Of a stretch of 64,000 nt of DNA, positions 39,768-49,091 are shown piece after piece (the first letter of the stretch is position 1; each line of letters starts with the position of its first letter). A program made the position numbers and the translations under genes. Source of the DNA: an uncultured Haloferula sp. (lineage in GTDB: Bacteria; Verrucomicrobiota; Verrucomicrobiia; Verrucomicrobiales; Akkermansiaceae); NCBI GenBank assembly GCA_965652295.1, contig CBFGTS010000009.1, positions 64,001 through 128,000 of the forward strand, read 5' to 3'. The notes beneath the pieces are model-generated. The model searched no databases, had not been told where the DNA came from, and saw only the letters and a program-made list of their open reading frames with translations.

Positions 39768-40357
39768 ACCTGTTCGCGTTGGCCGCCACCTTCTTCCTCG
39801 TCTTCGATCCCTTCGGGAACGTTGCAGTCTTCCACGGCCTGCTTTCACGCCTCCCCGAGCACCGCCGCCGAACCGTCCTCGTCCGGGAAATGCTCATCGC
39901 CCTCGGCGTGATGCTCGTCTTCCTGCTGTGCGGACGCTTTCTCCTCGGTTTCCTCGCCATTCATCCCGCCACCCTCAGCATCTCCGGCGGCATCATCCTT
40001 TTCCTCATCGCACTCGGCATGCTGTTTCCCACCCGGAGTCTGTTCCACGAGGCGGAGGAAGAGGAACCTTTCATTGTCCCGATGGCGGTCCCCATGTTCG
40101 CCGGACCCTCGGCCATCGCCTTGCTGCTTCTCACCACCTCGAAGCATCCGGACCAACTGCCGTCCATCGCGACCGCCCTCGGGCTTGCGTGGCTCGCCTC
40201 CGCCATCATTCTTCTCCTTTCGCCTGCCCTCATGCACTTCCTCGGAAAGAAGGGCACCCGCGCCACGGAACGCCTGATGGGCCTGCTGCTCATTCTCATC
40301 GCCGTCCAGATGTTCCTCAACGGCCTCACCCAATACCAAACCACCTTCCATCCATGA
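39764..40357 (+). CDS. MarC family membrane protein
   Basis: FLVFDPFGN, ISGGIILFLIA, VPMAVPMFAGP and ERLMGLLL. Confidence 0.92.
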   Translation: MNLFALAATFFLVFDPFGNVAVFHGLLSRLPEHRRRTVLVREMLIALGVMLVFLLCGRFLLGFLAIHPATLSISGGIILFLIALGMLFPTRSLFHEAEEEEPFIVPMAVPMFAGPSAIALLLLTTSKHPDQLPSIATALGLAWLASAIILLLSPALMHFLGKKGTRATERLMGLLLILIAVQMFLNGLTQYQTTFHP

Positions 40358-40629
40358 TCGCCCGCCGAGTCACCTTCGAGGGCCGCGTCCAAGGCGTCGG
40401 CTTCCGCTACACCTGCAAGGACCTCGCCAAAGGCTTCGAGGTCGTCGGCACCGTCCGCAACCTGCCCGAGGGCACCGTCGAACTCGAGGTCATGGGCGAA
40501 GCCTCCGAGGTCGAGGACTTCATCCAGGAAATCGCCGAGGAAAGCCCCATGGCCCACAACATCAAGGGCATGCACGTGAAGAACATCACGCCGCTGGAGG
40601 GCGTGAAAGGTTTCACCATCACGGGCTGA
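40354..40629 (+). CDS. acyP: Acylphosphatase
   Basis: GRVQGVGFR and GTVRNLPEGTVE. Confidence 0.92.
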   Translation: MIARRVTFEGRVQGVGFRYTCKDLAKGFEVVGTVRNLPEGTVELEVMGEASEVEDFIQEIAEESPMAHNIKGMHVKNITPLEGVKGFTITG

Positions 40630-40634
40630 GGACG

Positions 40635-40696
40635 GATTGGAACGCGAGCTTCAGCTCGCTCAAGAACCCGGTCGACCTGAAGCTCGCGTTCCAATC
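40635..40696. repeat. REP-like perfect 20-bp inverted repeat
   Basis: gattggaacgcgagcttcag ... ctgaagctcgcgttccaatc between the convergent acyP and cutA genes. Confidence 0.8.
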
Positions 40697-40698
40697 TT

Positions 40699-41019
40699 CT
40701 ACCTGACCTCCCCCCCCACCCACTTCAAATACGCCTCCGCTCCGCGCTCCACGGGCAGGGCGAGGATTTCCGGCGTATCGTAGGGATGCAGCTCCCCGAG
40801 CGCCGACTCCAGCTCCGCATACCGGCCACGGGTCGTCTTGATCACCGTCAGCACCTCCGCCTCGTCGCAAACCTTTCCCTCCCAGCGGTAAATCGAGCGC
40901 AGGCCCGGCACCACGTTCACACAGGCCGCCACTTGCTTTTCCACCAGGACTGCGCCAATCTGTCGCGCCGCCAACTCGTCAGGGAAGGTGCATAGCACCA
41001 CCAGCACGTCCGTTTCCAT
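40699..41019 (-). CDS. cutA: Divalent-cation tolerance protein CutA
   Basis: LVEKQVAACVN, SIYRWEG, KT and LHPYDTPEI. Confidence 0.93.
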   Translation of the reverse strand: METDVLVVLCTFPDELAARQIGAVLVEKQVAACVNVVPGLRSIYRWEGKVCDEAEVLTVIKTTRGRYAELESALGELHPYDTPEILALPVERGAEAYLKWVGGEVR

Positions 41020-41026
41020 TTCTTTC

Positions 41027-41054
41027 CTGAACACTGAAATCTGAAAACTAGCAA
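41027..41054. repeat. 7-bp periodic repeat CTGAAnn
   Basis: ctgaaca ctgaaat ctgaaaa ctagcaa, in the 44-bp gap between divergent start codons. Confidence 0.55.
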
Positions 41055-41063
41055 ACTCTGGAA

Positions 41064-42233
41064 TTGAAATCCGGCTTCCTCGAAAAACTCCTGGCCCGCC
41101 TCGACCGTATCGATCCCGTCGAGGCCCAGCAGCTCCTTTCCCGTCTGATCCGGGAGAAAGGCTTCCTTGAGCAGGTCTTCGAAGCCCTGCACGAGGGCGT
41201 CATCGTTCTCGAAGAAGACGGCGTCATCACCTTCATCAACGGTGCCGCACAGAAATTCTTCGGCCTCGGCGACGAGGTCCTCGGCGAGCCCCTCCAGCGC
41301 CGCGTCCCCGGTCTCGACTTCGCCGCGCTCGCCAAACCAGGCAAGACCGTCTCCCGCGATCTCGAGGTTTTCTACCCCGAGAACCGCTACCTCAATTTCT
41401 ACCTCTCCCCGATCGCTGCGCCGAAGAACAACGGTACCTTCGGCTGGGTCATGCTCGTCCGCGACCAAACCGCCACCCGCCGCGAAGCCGAGGACACACT
41501 GGAAAGCGAGCGCCTCAACGCCCTGACCCTGCTCGCCGCCGGCGTCGCTCACGAAATCGGCAACCCGCTCAACTCGCTCGACATCCACCTCCAGCTCCTC
41601 GCCCGCAAGCTGCGCAAACTCCCGCCCGGCGACCGCGCGCCGCTCGAAGAACACCTCGACACCGCCCGCCGCGAAATCCAGCGTCTCGATACCATCCTGC
41701 GCCAGTTTCTCGAGGCCGTCCGCCCCACCACCCCCAACCGCGAACGCACCGACCTCCACGCCCTGCTCGATGAAACCCTGCGTCTCTTGGAGCCCGAACT
41801 CGCCTCGCGGGAGATCGCTGTCGAACTCGATCTGGCCCACGATTTCCCGCCCGCCGAGGTCGATCCCTCCCAGTTCCAGCAGGTCTTCTACAACCTCCTC
41901 CGCAATGCCTATCAAGCCATCCGCGGAAACGACGGGCTCATCCGCATCGCCACCTTCGCCAACGACTACGAGTCCCGTATTTCCATCTCCGACAACGGCA
42001 GCGGCATCTCGCCCGAGCAGATGGGTTCCCTCTTCGAACCCTACAAAACCACCAAGCAATCCGGCACCGGCCTCGGTCTGCTGATCGTCCGCCGCGTCGT
42101 CCGCAGCCACGGCGGAGAAATCGAGATCGAATCCGAGCCCGAGGTCGGCACCACCATCTCCATCCACCTCCCCCGCGCCCAACGCCCCGTCCGCCTCCTC
42201 GAAGACAAGGCGGACGTCATCGATATCGACTGA
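41064..42233 (+). CDS. PAS-domain cytoplasmic sensor histidine kinase
   Basis: H-box AHEIGNPL, N-box NLLRNA, DNGSGI and GTGLGL. TTG start. Confidence 0.92.
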   Translation: MKSGFLEKLLARLDRIDPVEAQQLLSRLIREKGFLEQVFEALHEGVIVLEEDGVITFINGAAQKFFGLGDEVLGEPLQRRVPGLDFAALAKPGKTVSRDLEVFYPENRYLNFYLSPIAAPKNNGTFGWVMLVRDQTATRREAEDTLESERLNALTLLAAGVAHEIGNPLNSLDIHLQLLARKLRKLPPGDRAPLEEHLDTARREIQRLDTILRQFLEAVRPTTPNRERTDLHALLDETLRLLEPELASREIAVELDLAHDFPPAEVDPSQFQQVFYNLLRNAYQAIRGNDGLIRIATFANDYESRISISDNGSGISPEQMGSLFEPYKTTKQSGTGLGLLIVRRVVRSHGGEIEIESEPEVGTTISIHLPRAQRPVRLLEDKADVIDID

Positions 42234-42235
42234 AA

Positions 42236-42273
42236 ATAGGTCTCGTAGGACCTATTCCCCGGCAGCCCGCCTC
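42236..42273. repeat. ATAGGTCCTATAGGACCTAT-type palindromic repeat, copy 1
   Basis: 33/38 identical to 52282-52319. Confidence 0.75.
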
Positions 42274-42279
42274 ACGCCC

Positions 42280-43695
42280 ATGACTCCCACCCTACTCATC
42301 GTCGACGACGAAAAAGCCACCCGCGACGGGTTGCGCGCGGCTTTGGAGGATGACTTCGATGTCTTCCTGGCCTCCAACCGCGAGGAGGCCCGCGCCATCC
42401 TCAAGGGCGACACACCCGACCTCCTGCTCACCGACCTGCGGCTCGGTGGCGATTCCGGCATGGAGATCCTCGACGACGCCCTCGCGCTCCCCAAGCCGCC
42501 GACCGCGATCATGATGACCGCCTACGGCTCGGTCGATACCGCCGTCGAGGCGATGCGCCGCGGTGCCTGGCACTTCGTCACCAAGCCGCTGAACCTCGAC
42601 GAAGTCGAAATGCTCCTCAAGCGCGCCCTGCGCAGCCAGAAGCTCGAGGTCGAAAACCAGCAGCTCCGCCAGCAGGTCCCCGACCCCGCCGGCCTCGGCC
42701 GCCTCGTCGGCACCTCGGCCGCCATCCGCCGTGTCGCCGAAACCGTCAAACAGGTGGCCCCCACCCGCGCCAGCGTCCTGATCGAGGGCGAGAGCGGCAC
42801 CGGCAAGGAAGTCGTCGCCCACGCCCTCCACAGCCTCTCCGGCCGCCCGGCCGAGAAGCTCGTGATCGTCCACTGCGCCGCCCTCTCACCGCAACTCCTT
42901 GAGTCCGAGCTTTTCGGACACGAAAAGGGCGCCTTCACCGGTGCCGCCCAGCGCCGGATCGGCCGCTTTGAGCAGGCCGATGGCGGCACGCTTTTCCTCG
43001 ACGAAATCGGGGAAATCGACGCCTCCACCCAAGTCAAGCTGCTGCGCGTCCTCTCCGAACGAACCATCGAGCGCGTCGGTTCCAACAGCCCGATCAAGGT
43101 CGATGTCCGCGTCGTCGCCGCCACCAACAAGAACCTCGCATCCCTCGTCGAAGCCGGTGATTTCCGCGAAGACCTCTATTTCCGGCTCAACGTCGTGCGC
43201 ATCGAGATGCCGCCGCTCCGCACCCGCGCCGAGGATGTGGTGTTGCTGGCGGGAAAATTCCTCAAAGAATTCGCCGACGAGAACGGGCGGCCCGTCAAGC
43301 CGCTGTCGGACGCCGCCATGGAAGCCTTGCGCCGCCACCCGTGGCCCGGGAACGTCCGCGAACTGCGCACCGCCATCGAACACGGCGTGGTGATGTCGAA
43401 CGATCCGGTCATCGACCTCCGCCACCTGCCGGGCGACCTGCTCCGACCCGCGCTCTCGCCACCGCCTTCTGCTGAGGCCCGCGAGCCACGGGACGCGGGG
43501 AAAATCCCCCTTGCCGCTCCACTCGAATTCAACTTGCATGCGCTCGAAGCTCAAACGATCCGGGCGGCATTGGCCGAGGCCGATGGCAATCGCACCCGGG
43601 CCGCCGAGCTTCTTGGCATCAGCCGCCGAACCCTCCAGCGCAAGCTGAAGGAGGAAGGCGGCTCGTCCGATCTCCCCGATTTTCCGAACCCATGA
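42280..43695 (+). CDS. Sigma54-dependent NtrC-family response regulator
   Basis: Receiver domain, GESGTGKE, ESELFGHEKGAFTGA, LFLDEIGE, WPGNVREL and a Fis-type HTH. Confidence 0.95.
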   Translation: MTPTLLIVDDEKATRDGLRAALEDDFDVFLASNREEARAILKGDTPDLLLTDLRLGGDSGMEILDDALALPKPPTAIMMTAYGSVDTAVEAMRRGAWHFVTKPLNLDEVEMLLKRALRSQKLEVENQQLRQQVPDPAGLGRLVGTSAAIRRVAETVKQVAPTRASVLIEGESGTGKEVVAHALHSLSGRPAEKLVIVHCAALSPQLLESELFGHEKGAFTGAAQRRIGRFEQADGGTLFLDEIGEIDASTQVKLLRVLSERTIERVGSNSPIKVDVRVVAATNKNLASLVEAGDFREDLYFRLNVVRIEMPPLRTRAEDVVLLAGKFLKEFADENGRPVKPLSDAAMEALRRHPWPGNVRELRTAIEHGVVMSNDPVIDLRHLPGDLLRPALSPPPSAEAREPRDAGKIPLAAPLEFNLHALEAQTIRAALAEADGNRTRAAELLGISRRTLQRKLKEEGGSSDLPDFPNP

Positions 43696-45527
43696 GCACA
43701 TCTCCCGCCCTCCCCGACGCCGCGACTTTGGTCCGCCGCATCGTGTTTATCCTCTGTCTGCTCGGCCTGACCGCCATCCACTTAGGCGTCGTTTTCCGCG
43801 GCCTCGGCACCCCGGAGGCCATGGACCAGGCCCAGCTCGGACGCGAAATCGCCCGCGGCGAAGGTTTCGCCACCAAGGTGATCCGCCCGCTGGAACTCCA
43901 CCTGGCCGAATCCCACCAGGAAAGCGCCGTTCCGTTCATCGGCCTGCGGGATACCTACCAGTCCCCGCTCAATCCGCTCGTCCTCGGTGCCGTTTTCAAG
44001 CTCGTCGGTGCCGACCAACCGGACAAATGGACGATGCCGACCGACAAATTGGTGTATGATCTCGACCGGGTCGTCGCCCTCGTCTCGACGCTCTTTTTCC
44101 TGATGGCCATCGGCGTCACCTACCTTCTGGTCAGCCGGATATTCGACGGAAAAATCGCCGGCTTCACCGCCGTGCTGATGATGTTCTGCGACATGTACTG
44201 GCGCTTCTCCCAGAGCGGCCTTCCTCAAATGCTGCTGCTGCTGCTTTTCACCTGCGGCCTCTACTTCGCCTACCGCACCATTGAAGACCAAGAGGAAGGA
44301 AAGAACTCCTTCGTGCAGCCACTCCTCGCGGCCGTGTTCTTCTCGCTGATGGTCCTCGCCCACTGGCTCGCCGCCTGGGTGTTCTTCGGTTTCCTCCTCT
44401 ACGCCGCCATCGCCTTCCGACCCCGCGGCATCATCGCCCTCTCCTCGCTGGTCGTCCTGCTGGCCTTCATCGCCTTCCCGCTGTACCGGATGGCCTCGAT
44501 CACCGGCCAGCCCTTCGGCGTGGCGCGCTTCGTGTTCTACAACGGCCTCTCCGCAGGATCCGAGTCGGCCGTCATGCGCACGCTCGACCTCAGCTCCACC
44601 CCGCTGGTGATGGACGGGCTGCTGATGAAAATCCTCGGCACCACCCTGGTCCAGGCCACCAACCTGATTCCGTTCTTTGGTGGCATCATCGCCGCGCCCA
44701 TTTTCTTCATCGCCCTGCTGCACCCTTTCAAGCGCCCCTCGATCGCACGCTTCCGCTGGATGATCGCCCTGATGTGGCTCTTTGCCGCCGTGGGGATGGC
44801 GATCTTCGGCATCAACAGCTCGTCCACCCTGCATCCGAACCAGATCCATCTGCTGTTCGCGCCCATCATGGCGGCCTACGGGCTGGCTTTCCTTTCCATC
44901 CTCTGGAGCCGTCTGCCGATCGTCAGCCAGGTCCCCGCCCTGCGCTACGCCCACTACATCGCCGTGGTCGTCGTTTCCGCCGCCCCACTCATCCTTTCCC
45001 TCCCGCGCGACGTCCGCACCTTCCTCCTTTTCGCCGACAAGGGAGGCTGGCCGCAGTGGCCGCCCTACTACCCGCTCATCCTCAACCGCGGTCTTTCCTC
45101 CTGGGTGGATAAAAACCCGGAATCCGCGGAAATCATCATCTCCGACCAGCCCTGGGCCGTGGCCTGGTACGCCGACGCCCACTCGCTCTGGCTGCCGAAG
45201 TCCCTGGTGGATTTCAACAACCTCGACGCCAAGGCCATCGATCAGGGCAACCGCTTCGCCGGCGTCCTGATCACCCCCTCCTCGCGCGATGACGGCTCGG
45301 TTTCCAGCGTAATCAAGGAAAACGGCGATTTCGCCCCCCTGGTCCTCGACGGCACCGTGGCCTCCATCACCGGCAACAGCCAGCGTCAGTCCGGCTTCGC
45401 GATTTACAACAGGGCCCCCACCATTGAGTCCTTCGCCAAGCGCTTCCCCATTCGCTATCCGCTTCTTGGCGAGCAGATGGTCTACTACAGCGAAAAGCGG
45501 ATCTCCGACGAAAACCTCCGCAATTGA
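43692..45527 (+). CDS. Multi-pass membrane GT-C (ArnT/PMT, GT39-like) glycosyltransferase-like protein
   Basis: Many TM segments, an N-terminal loop EAMDQAQLGREIARGEGF and SDQPWAVAWY. Confidence 0.65.
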   Translation: MSTSPALPDAATLVRRIVFILCLLGLTAIHLGVVFRGLGTPEAMDQAQLGREIARGEGFATKVIRPLELHLAESHQESAVPFIGLRDTYQSPLNPLVLGAVFKLVGADQPDKWTMPTDKLVYDLDRVVALVSTLFFLMAIGVTYLLVSRIFDGKIAGFTAVLMMFCDMYWRFSQSGLPQMLLLLLFTCGLYFAYRTIEDQEEGKNSFVQPLLAAVFFSLMVLAHWLAAWVFFGFLLYAAIAFRPRGIIALSSLVVLLAFIAFPLYRMASITGQPFGVARFVFYNGLSAGSESAVMRTLDLSSTPLVMDGLLMKILGTTLVQATNLIPFFGGIIAAPIFFIALLHPFKRPSIARFRWMIALMWLFAAVGMAIFGINSSSTLHPNQIHLLFAPIMAAYGLAFLSILWSRLPIVSQVPALRYAHYIAVVVVSAAPLILSLPRDVRTFLLFADKGGWPQWPPYYPLILNRGLSSWVDKNPESAEIIISDQPWAVAWYADAHSLWLPKSLVDFNNLDAKAIDQGNRFAGVLITPSSRDDGSVSSVIKENGDFAPLVLDGTVASITGNSQRQSGFAIYNRAPTIESFAKRFPIRYPLLGEQMVYYSEKRISDENLRN

Positions 45528-45826
45528 TGCCCGCCCGGAAAAAATCCACACCCGGAGACACCGGGGAAGCCACCTTCGAGGAGGCGCTGGCGGAGCTGGA
45601 ATCGATCGTCCACGCGATGGAGGAAGAACAGCTTCCCCTTGAAGACCTCGTCTCCCGCTACGAAAAAGGGATGAAACTGCTCGGTCGCTGCCAGACCGTC
45701 CTCAACAGCGCCCGCGAGCGGCTGCAAACCATCAGCGCGACCGCCTCAAACACCTTGACCCCGGACGAATCGGAGACCACCGACACGCCCGACGACGATT
45801 CCGATGACGACATCCGCCTCTTCTGA
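45527..45826 (+). CDS. xseB: Exodeoxyribonuclease VII small subunit
   Basis: TFEEALAELESIV..ME...LPLE....YEKG..L...CQ..L..A. Confidence 0.92.
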   Translation: MPARKKSTPGDTGEATFEEALAELESIVHAMEEEQLPLEDLVSRYEKGMKLLGRCQTVLNSARERLQTISATASNTLTPDESETTDTPDDDSDDDIRLF

Positions 45827-47696
45827 GCCTCCCCACCTGGGGCCGATCCTTTCCCAGCTCCACTCACCCCAGGACCTCAAGGCGCTCCCCGAGGCGGACC
45901 TGTTGAAGCTGGCCGTGGAAATCCGCGAGGCCCTCATCACCAACCTCTCCCGCACCGGCGGCCACCTCGGCCCCAACCTCGGCGTGGTCGAACTCACCAT
46001 CGCCCTCCACCGCGTCTTCTCCACTCCCAAGGACCACTTCGTGTTCGACGTCGCCCACCAGGGATACGTCCACAAGATGCTCACCGGCCGCGCCGACAAG
46101 ATCCACACCATCCGCACCTACCAGGGCCTCAACGGTTTCCTCCTCCGCAGCGAGTCGGAGCACGATTGCTACGGCGCGGGTCACGCCGGCACCGCCCTCT
46201 CCGCCGCCCTCGGCATGGCCGCCGGCCGCGATCTCAATCAGGACGGCAGCCATGTCGTCGCCCTCGCCGGCGATGCCGCCTTCACCTGCGGCCCCACCCT
46301 TGAGGCGCTCAACAACATCGCCGAGACCACCAAGAAATTCATCGTCGTCCTCAACGACAACGAGTGGTCGATCGACAAGAACGTCGGCGCCATCGCCCGC
46401 TACTTCAACGCCCTCCAGACCCACTCGACCTATTCGTCGGTCCGGAGCGCCGCCGCCGAGTTCGTCGAAAAAATCGCCGGCAAGGCCACCCGGAACCTCG
46501 CTCACAAGGTCGAGCAGAGCGCCAAAAACCTGCTTTTCCCGAACGTCCTCTTCGAGAAGTTCGGCATCCGCTACTTCGGCCCCATCGACGGCCACGACCT
46601 TCCCCTGCTGGTCAAAACCTTCGACTACCTCAAGACCCTCAACGAGCCGGTCGTCCTCCACGTCATCACCGAAAAGGGTCGCGGCTACCAGCCCGCCATC
46701 GACAACCCCGGCAAGTTCCACGGCCTCGGCACCTACAAGGTCGAGGATGGCTCCACCGACACCTCCGCCACGCCCACCGCCTCGGACATCTTCGGCCGCA
46801 CCGTCACCGATCTCGCCAAACAAGACCCGAAGATCGTCGCCATCACCGGTGCCATGCCCGGCGGCACCAAGCTCGAGATCTTCAAGAACGAGCTGCCCGA
46901 ACGCTACTTCGACGTCGGCATCGCCGAGGAACACGCCGCCCTCTTCGCCTGCGGCCTCGCCACCAAAGGCATTCGCCCGTTCCTGGCGATCTACTCGACC
47001 TTCATGCAGCGGGCCTACGACATGATCCTGCACGACATCGCGCTGCAGAACCTGCCCGTCCGCCTCTGCATGGACCGCGGCGGCCTGTCCGGGGATGACG
47101 GCCCCACCCACCACGGTCTTTTCGACATCGGCTACCTCCGGATCGTCCCCGGCCTCATCCACATGGCACCCAAGGACGAAGCCGAATTCGTCGCCATGCT
47201 CCAATGGATGGCCGCCTACGATGACGGCCCCAGCGCCATCCGCTACCCGCGCGGCTCCATCGCCGGCACCCCCGTGGACGGCCCCTGCGCCCCCATCGAA
47301 GCCGGCAAGGGCGAACTCGTCTCCGAAGGCTCCGACGTCGCCCTGATCGGTCTCGGCACCATGTTCTCGATGGCCTTGGAAACGAAGGCACGGCTTGAGG
47401 CGCAAGGTCTGTCCGTCTCGCTCGTCAACCCGCGTTTCATCAAGCCCCTCGATGGCGCTCTGCTCGAAAAAGTCGCCCGTAACGCCAAGGTCGTCTGCAC
47501 CTTCGAGGACCACGTTCTCATGAACGGCTTCGGCACCGGCGTCATCGAGCATCTCCACGACGCCGGCATCCGCACCCCGGTCGAGCGCATCGGCTGGCCC
47601 GACGCCTGGATCGAGCACGGAAAGATCGACATCCTGCGCGAAAAACACGGCCTCACGGTCGAACACGCGCTGGAGAAGATCGCCCGGCATCTGTGA
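45804..47696 (+). CDS. dxs: 1-deoxy-D-xylulose-5-phosphate synthase
   Basis: GGHLGPNLGVVEL, HQGYVHK, LNDNE, GPIDGH, DVGIAEEH and DGPTHHG. Confidence 0.97.
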   Translation: MTTSASSEPPHLGPILSQLHSPQDLKALPEADLLKLAVEIREALITNLSRTGGHLGPNLGVVELTIALHRVFSTPKDHFVFDVAHQGYVHKMLTGRADKIHTIRTYQGLNGFLLRSESEHDCYGAGHAGTALSAALGMAAGRDLNQDGSHVVALAGDAAFTCGPTLEALNNIAETTKKFIVVLNDNEWSIDKNVGAIARYFNALQTHSTYSSVRSAAAEFVEKIAGKATRNLAHKVEQSAKNLLFPNVLFEKFGIRYFGPIDGHDLPLLVKTFDYLKTLNEPVVLHVITEKGRGYQPAIDNPGKFHGLGTYKVEDGSTDTSATPTASDIFGRTVTDLAKQDPKIVAITGAMPGGTKLEIFKNELPERYFDVGIAEEHAALFACGLATKGIRPFLAIYSTFMQRAYDMILHDIALQNLPVRLCMDRGGLSGDDGPTHHGLFDIGYLRIVPGLIHMAPKDEAEFVAMLQWMAAYDDGPSAIRYPRGSIAGTPVDGPCAPIEAGKGELVSEGSDVALIGLGTMFSMALETKARLEAQGLSVSLVNPRFIKPLDGALLEKVARNAKVVCTFEDHVLMNGFGTGVIEHLHDAGIRTPVERIGWPDAWIEHGKIDILREKHGLTVEHALEKIARHL

Positions 47697-47937
47697 CCGT
47701 GGTGCCACCCGCCTGCGGCGGTTGATCCGTAGCCGCCCATCCCGCAGTCGCCCGCTTCGGAGGAGCGGTAAGCACCGCCCCTCTGCGCCCCCCCTTTGGA
47801 GGGGAGAAATCCACTGGAGCCACAATCCCGGGGGCGGTTATGCTGTCGGCTAAGTGAGGCCAAAACGCTGCTCAGGAGCTGTCGCATTGAAGACGGCACT
47901 GCAGCACCCAGTACCTCACTAAACCCCGAAAAACCCC

Positions 47938-48879
47938 ATGAACCGCAACCTCCTCCTTCCTGTTCTCGGCCTGACCCTGCTGCCCTCGGCATCGGTCGTC
48001 GCCGCCAACGTCACCCTCAATGCCAGCGATGGCTTCGGCGCGTCGTCCTTCAACGCCGCCGGAAATTGGAGCAACGCCGCCGCTCCCAGCGCCGGGAACG
48101 ACTACTTCACCAACGGCCTGCTGCTCCGCACGCCCGCCGACACCGGCAGCCACACCTTCGCCGGGGATTCGCTCACCGTGTCCGGCTCCGCGAGCTTCGG
48201 CGCCGCCAACAACGAAGCCCTCATGTGGAAGGGTTCCGGGACCACCTCTACCATCACCGTGCCGAATCTGATCGTCAACGGCGGCCAGCTGCGTCACGGG
48301 CAAGGCGACGCCGACTCCTTCACTTTGGCGGGAGCCATCACCGTCGGTGCCAGCGGCATGGGCGTTGCCGCCCAAGGCGGTTTCAATATTTCCGCTCCGA
48401 TCTCCGGCAGTTCCCAGATCGTCGTGATGGGCAATGGCAACGGATCGGCGGCCCGCATGGTCACCTTCTCCAGCAGCTCCAGCACCTTCACCGGCAACCT
48501 GAATCTCAACAACGTCCAGAGTTTCGCCACACTCGCGGATGACGCGGTTTTCAACTTCGTCATCGGTGCGAGCGGAGTGAACAACCAGATTCTTGGAACC
48601 GGCAACCTCACCCTCAACGGCGACTTCGCCCTCGATCTCAGCGGAGCCAGCTCCACCCTCGGTGATTCCTGGCTCCTGGTCAACAACGCGACCTTGGCCG
48701 AAACCTACGGCTCGAGCTTCAGCTTGACGGGCTTCACCGACAATGGAGACGACACCTGGTCCTCCGGCAACTACCTGTTTGCTGAAGCAACCGGCACGCT
48801 CTCGGTGGTCGTTCCCGAGCCCTCGATCGCCCTGCTTGGCGCGTTCGGCGTCCTCGGCCTTCTGCGCCGTCGCCGCTGA
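47938..48879 (+). CDS. PEP-CTERM sorting domain surface protein
   Basis: Signal peptide, a Gly/Ser/Asn-rich beta-type body and C-terminal VPEPSIALLGAFGVLGLLRRRR. Confidence 0.92.
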   Translation: MNRNLLLPVLGLTLLPSASVVAANVTLNASDGFGASSFNAAGNWSNAAAPSAGNDYFTNGLLLRTPADTGSHTFAGDSLTVSGSASFGAANNEALMWKGSGTTSTITVPNLIVNGGQLRHGQGDADSFTLAGAITVGASGMGVAAQGGFNISAPISGSSQIVVMGNGNGSAARMVTFSSSSSTFTGNLNLNNVQSFATLADDAVFNFVIGASGVNNQILGTGNLTLNGDFALDLSGASSTLGDSWLLVNNATLAETYGSSFSLTGFTDNGDDTWSSGNYLFAEATGTLSVVVPEPSIALLGAFGVLGLLRRRR

Positions 48880-48904
48880 GCCCGACCCCCTCTATTCTCC
48901 TCTC

Positions 48905-48940
48905 AAAAAGGCGGACCCCACCGGGTCCGCCTTTTTCTTT
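48905..48940 (+). terminator. Intrinsic terminator
   Basis: aaaaaggcggaccc-cacc-gggtccgccttttt. Confidence 0.85.
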
Positions 48941-49091
48941 GCCTTCGTGGCCAACCACCCGACGCGTGCAAAAAGAACACAATTTCCTTGCGCCGGCAGG
49001 CATTTCGGGCGACACGGAAACCACATGAACCGCTTCTTATCAGCGGATCGTGTTCCCCAAACAACGAAAACCTCAAAAACCCTACGAAACG

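Noticed and set aside
47697..47937. Hairpins (ccgcttcggaggagcgg, cccctttggagggg) and a possible sigma54 site before the first PEP-CTERM gene
   Set aside because: The stems are short and single-copy in this window, and no correctly spaced GG-N10-GC consensus was found.
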